From NCBI RefSeq assembly GCF_963921235.1, contig NC_086107.1:107820001-107884000 (forward strand): 64,000 nucleotides of DNA, in the 5' to 3' direction. This document shows positions 62,115 to 64,000 of this stretch, piece after piece. The notes below the pieces were generated by a model. The model was not told where the DNA came from. It was given only the letters and a program-made list of their open reading frames with translations, and searched no databases. Source of the stretch: Mobula hypostoma. Taxonomy: Eukaryota. How positions within the stretch are numbered: the first letter of the stretch is position 1; every line of letters starts with the position of its first letter. The position numbers and the translations under genes are program-made.

Positions 62115-62660
62115 CAGAAGCTGTTCCTGAATCTCCGAGTGCATGCCTTCAGGCTTCTGTATCTCCTTCCTGATGGTAGCAATGAGAACAAGGCATGTCC
62201 TGAGTCATGGGGGTCCTTTTTGAGACGTCGCTCCTTGAAGGTGTCCTGGGTACTATGGAGGCCAGTGCCTGTGATGGAGCTGACTGAGTTTACAAGTCTC
62301 TGCAGCTTAATTTGGTCCTGTGCAGTAGCCCCCCGCCCCCCTTCCCATCCCAGATGGTGATGCAGCCAGTTAAATGCTCTCCACGGTACATTTGTAGAGG
62401 TTTGAGAGGATTTTGGTGACATACTAAATCTCCTAATGAATTATAGCCACTGTTGTGCATTTTTTTGGAGCGGCATCGATACATTGGGTCCAGGTTAGAT
62501 CCTCAGAGATGCTGGCACCCAGGAACTTGAAATTGCTCACCCTTTCCACTTCTGATCCCTCGATGTGATCTGGTGTGTGTTGCCTCATCTCACCCTTTCT
62601 GAAGTCCACAATCAGTTTTTTGGTCTTACCAATGTTGAGTGCAAGGAGTAGTATTGTTGG
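62115..62660 (-). mobile_element. Rex1/Babar-type LINE fragment
   Basis: GHALFSLLPSGRRYRSLKACTRRFRNSF. Confidence 0.85.
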
Positions 62661-62664
62661 AGCA

Positions 62665-63215
62665 ATGCTGTTGGTCTCCTTATTTAAGAAAGGATGTGCT
62701 GACGTTGGAAAGGGTACAGAGAAGATTCACTAGAATGATTCCGGGAATGAGAGGGTTAACATATGAGGAACGTTTGTCCGCTCTTGGACTGTATTCCTTG
62801 GAGTTTAGAGGAATGAGGGGAGACCTCTTAGAAACATTTCGAATGTTGAAAGGCATGGACAGAGTGGATGTGACAAAATTGTTTCCCATGATGGGGGAGT
62901 CTAGTACGAGAGGGCATGACTTAAGGATTGAAGGATGCCCATTCAGAACAGAGATGCAAAGCAATTTTTTTAGCTAGAGGGCGGTGAATCTATGGAAATT
63001 GTTGCCACGGGCGGCAGTGGAGGCCAAGTCATTGGGTGTATTTAAGGCTGAGATTGATAGGTATCTGAGTAGCCAGGGCATCAAAGGTTATGGTGAGAAG
63101 GTGAGGGAGTGGGACAAAATGGGAGAATGGATCAGCTCATGATAAAATGGCGGAGCAGACTCGATTGGCCGAATGGTCGACTTCTGTTCCTTTGTCTTGT
63201 GGTCTAATGGTCTAA
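62665..63215 (+). mobile_element. Young CR1-type LINE 3' fragment
   Basis: WSPYLRKDVLTLERVQRRFTRMIPG...; nearly identical to the minus copy at 57183-57675. Confidence 0.88.
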
Positions 63216-63440
63216 TGCATTGTCAGAGGCAGTATTGGCGGAGTGCTGCCTCGTGAGAGATGCAGTATGCAGGAAGCATTGCATTGTCAGAGGGGCAACG
63301 CTGAGGGATTGTTACTCTGTCCAAAGACAGAACCAAAGGAGTACAGTATTGTTAGGGAAGCAAGACTGAGTGAGCATTGCACTGTTTGAAAACTGGTACT
63401 GAGGGAATGATGCTCTATCAGAGGGGCAATGCTGAACTGC
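63215..63440 (+). repeat. Degenerate ~33-bp tandem repeat
   Basis: Recurring cagtactgaggga.tgctgca.tgtcagagg unit; also two units at ~31872-31932. Confidence 0.55.
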
Positions 63441-63549
63441 TTGCTAATTTACTTATATGCTATTAGATGCTATGTCAGGCTAAGAAGGGGTTGCTCCCCA
63501 TCTAAATGCAGTTCCCTCTTGATTAATCTCTTGGAATATTTCAGAAATG

Positions 63550-64000
63550 TGCCGAAAAGTCCGAGGCTTTTTCCCAGGGCTGGAAATGGCTAGCATGAGA
63601 GGGCACAGTTTTAAGGTGCTTGGAAGTAGGTACAGAGGAGATATCAGGGGTACGTTTTTTACGCAGAGAGTGGTGAGTGCGTGGAATGGGCTGCCAGTGA
63701 CGGTGGTGGAGGCGGATATAGAAACATAGAAACATAGAAAATAGGTGCAGGAGTAGGCCATTCGGCCCTTCGAGCCTGCACCGCCATTTATTATGATCAT
63801 GGCTGATCATCCAACTCAGAACCCAGCCTTCCCTCCATACCCCCTGACCCCTGTAGCCACAAGGGCCATATCTAACTCCCTCTTAAACATAACCAATGAA
63901 CTGGCCTCAACAGTTTGCTGTGGCAGAGAATTCTACAGATTCACCACTCTCTGTGTGAAGAAGTTTTTCCTAATCTCGGTCCTAAAAGGCTTCCCCTCTA
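63550..64000. mobile_element. Two CR1-type 3' fragments (plus 63550-63720, minus 63720-64000)
   Basis: RGHSFKVLG...FFTQRVVSAWNGLP; (atagaaac)n antisense tail. Confidence 0.8.

Overview
This is vertebrate genomic DNA, most likely an elasmobranch (ray or shark), inferred from HE1/V-SINE-like and Deu-SINE-like elements and abundant CR1, Rex1/Babar and Penelope fragments. The only host protein-coding sequence is the first coding exon of a SoxE gene, best called sox10 (minus strand, ATG at 3482, phase-2 donor at 3090). It has a TATA/CCAAT promoter near 3980-4090, and the rest of the gene lies beyond the left edge. The remaining ~60 kb upstream is a mosaic of decayed transposons with a few repeat-free islands rich in SOX/TCF motifs (candidate enhancers). 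The most notable signals are RNA structures inside mobile elements. (1) A 550-bp non-coding, TSD-flanked retroelement (45354-45903, minus) begins exactly at G1 of a complete HDV-like double-pseudoknot ribozyme fold, with a long J1/2 and an extra hairpin in L3. (2) Penelope-type 3' ends carry minimal type-I hammerhead cores; several are intact and several form TSD-flanked palindromic insertions. (3) A second Penelope family has a different hammerhead with a long stem II. All family names come from motif recognition, not database searches, and repeat boundaries are approximate unless a TSD or TIR is cited.
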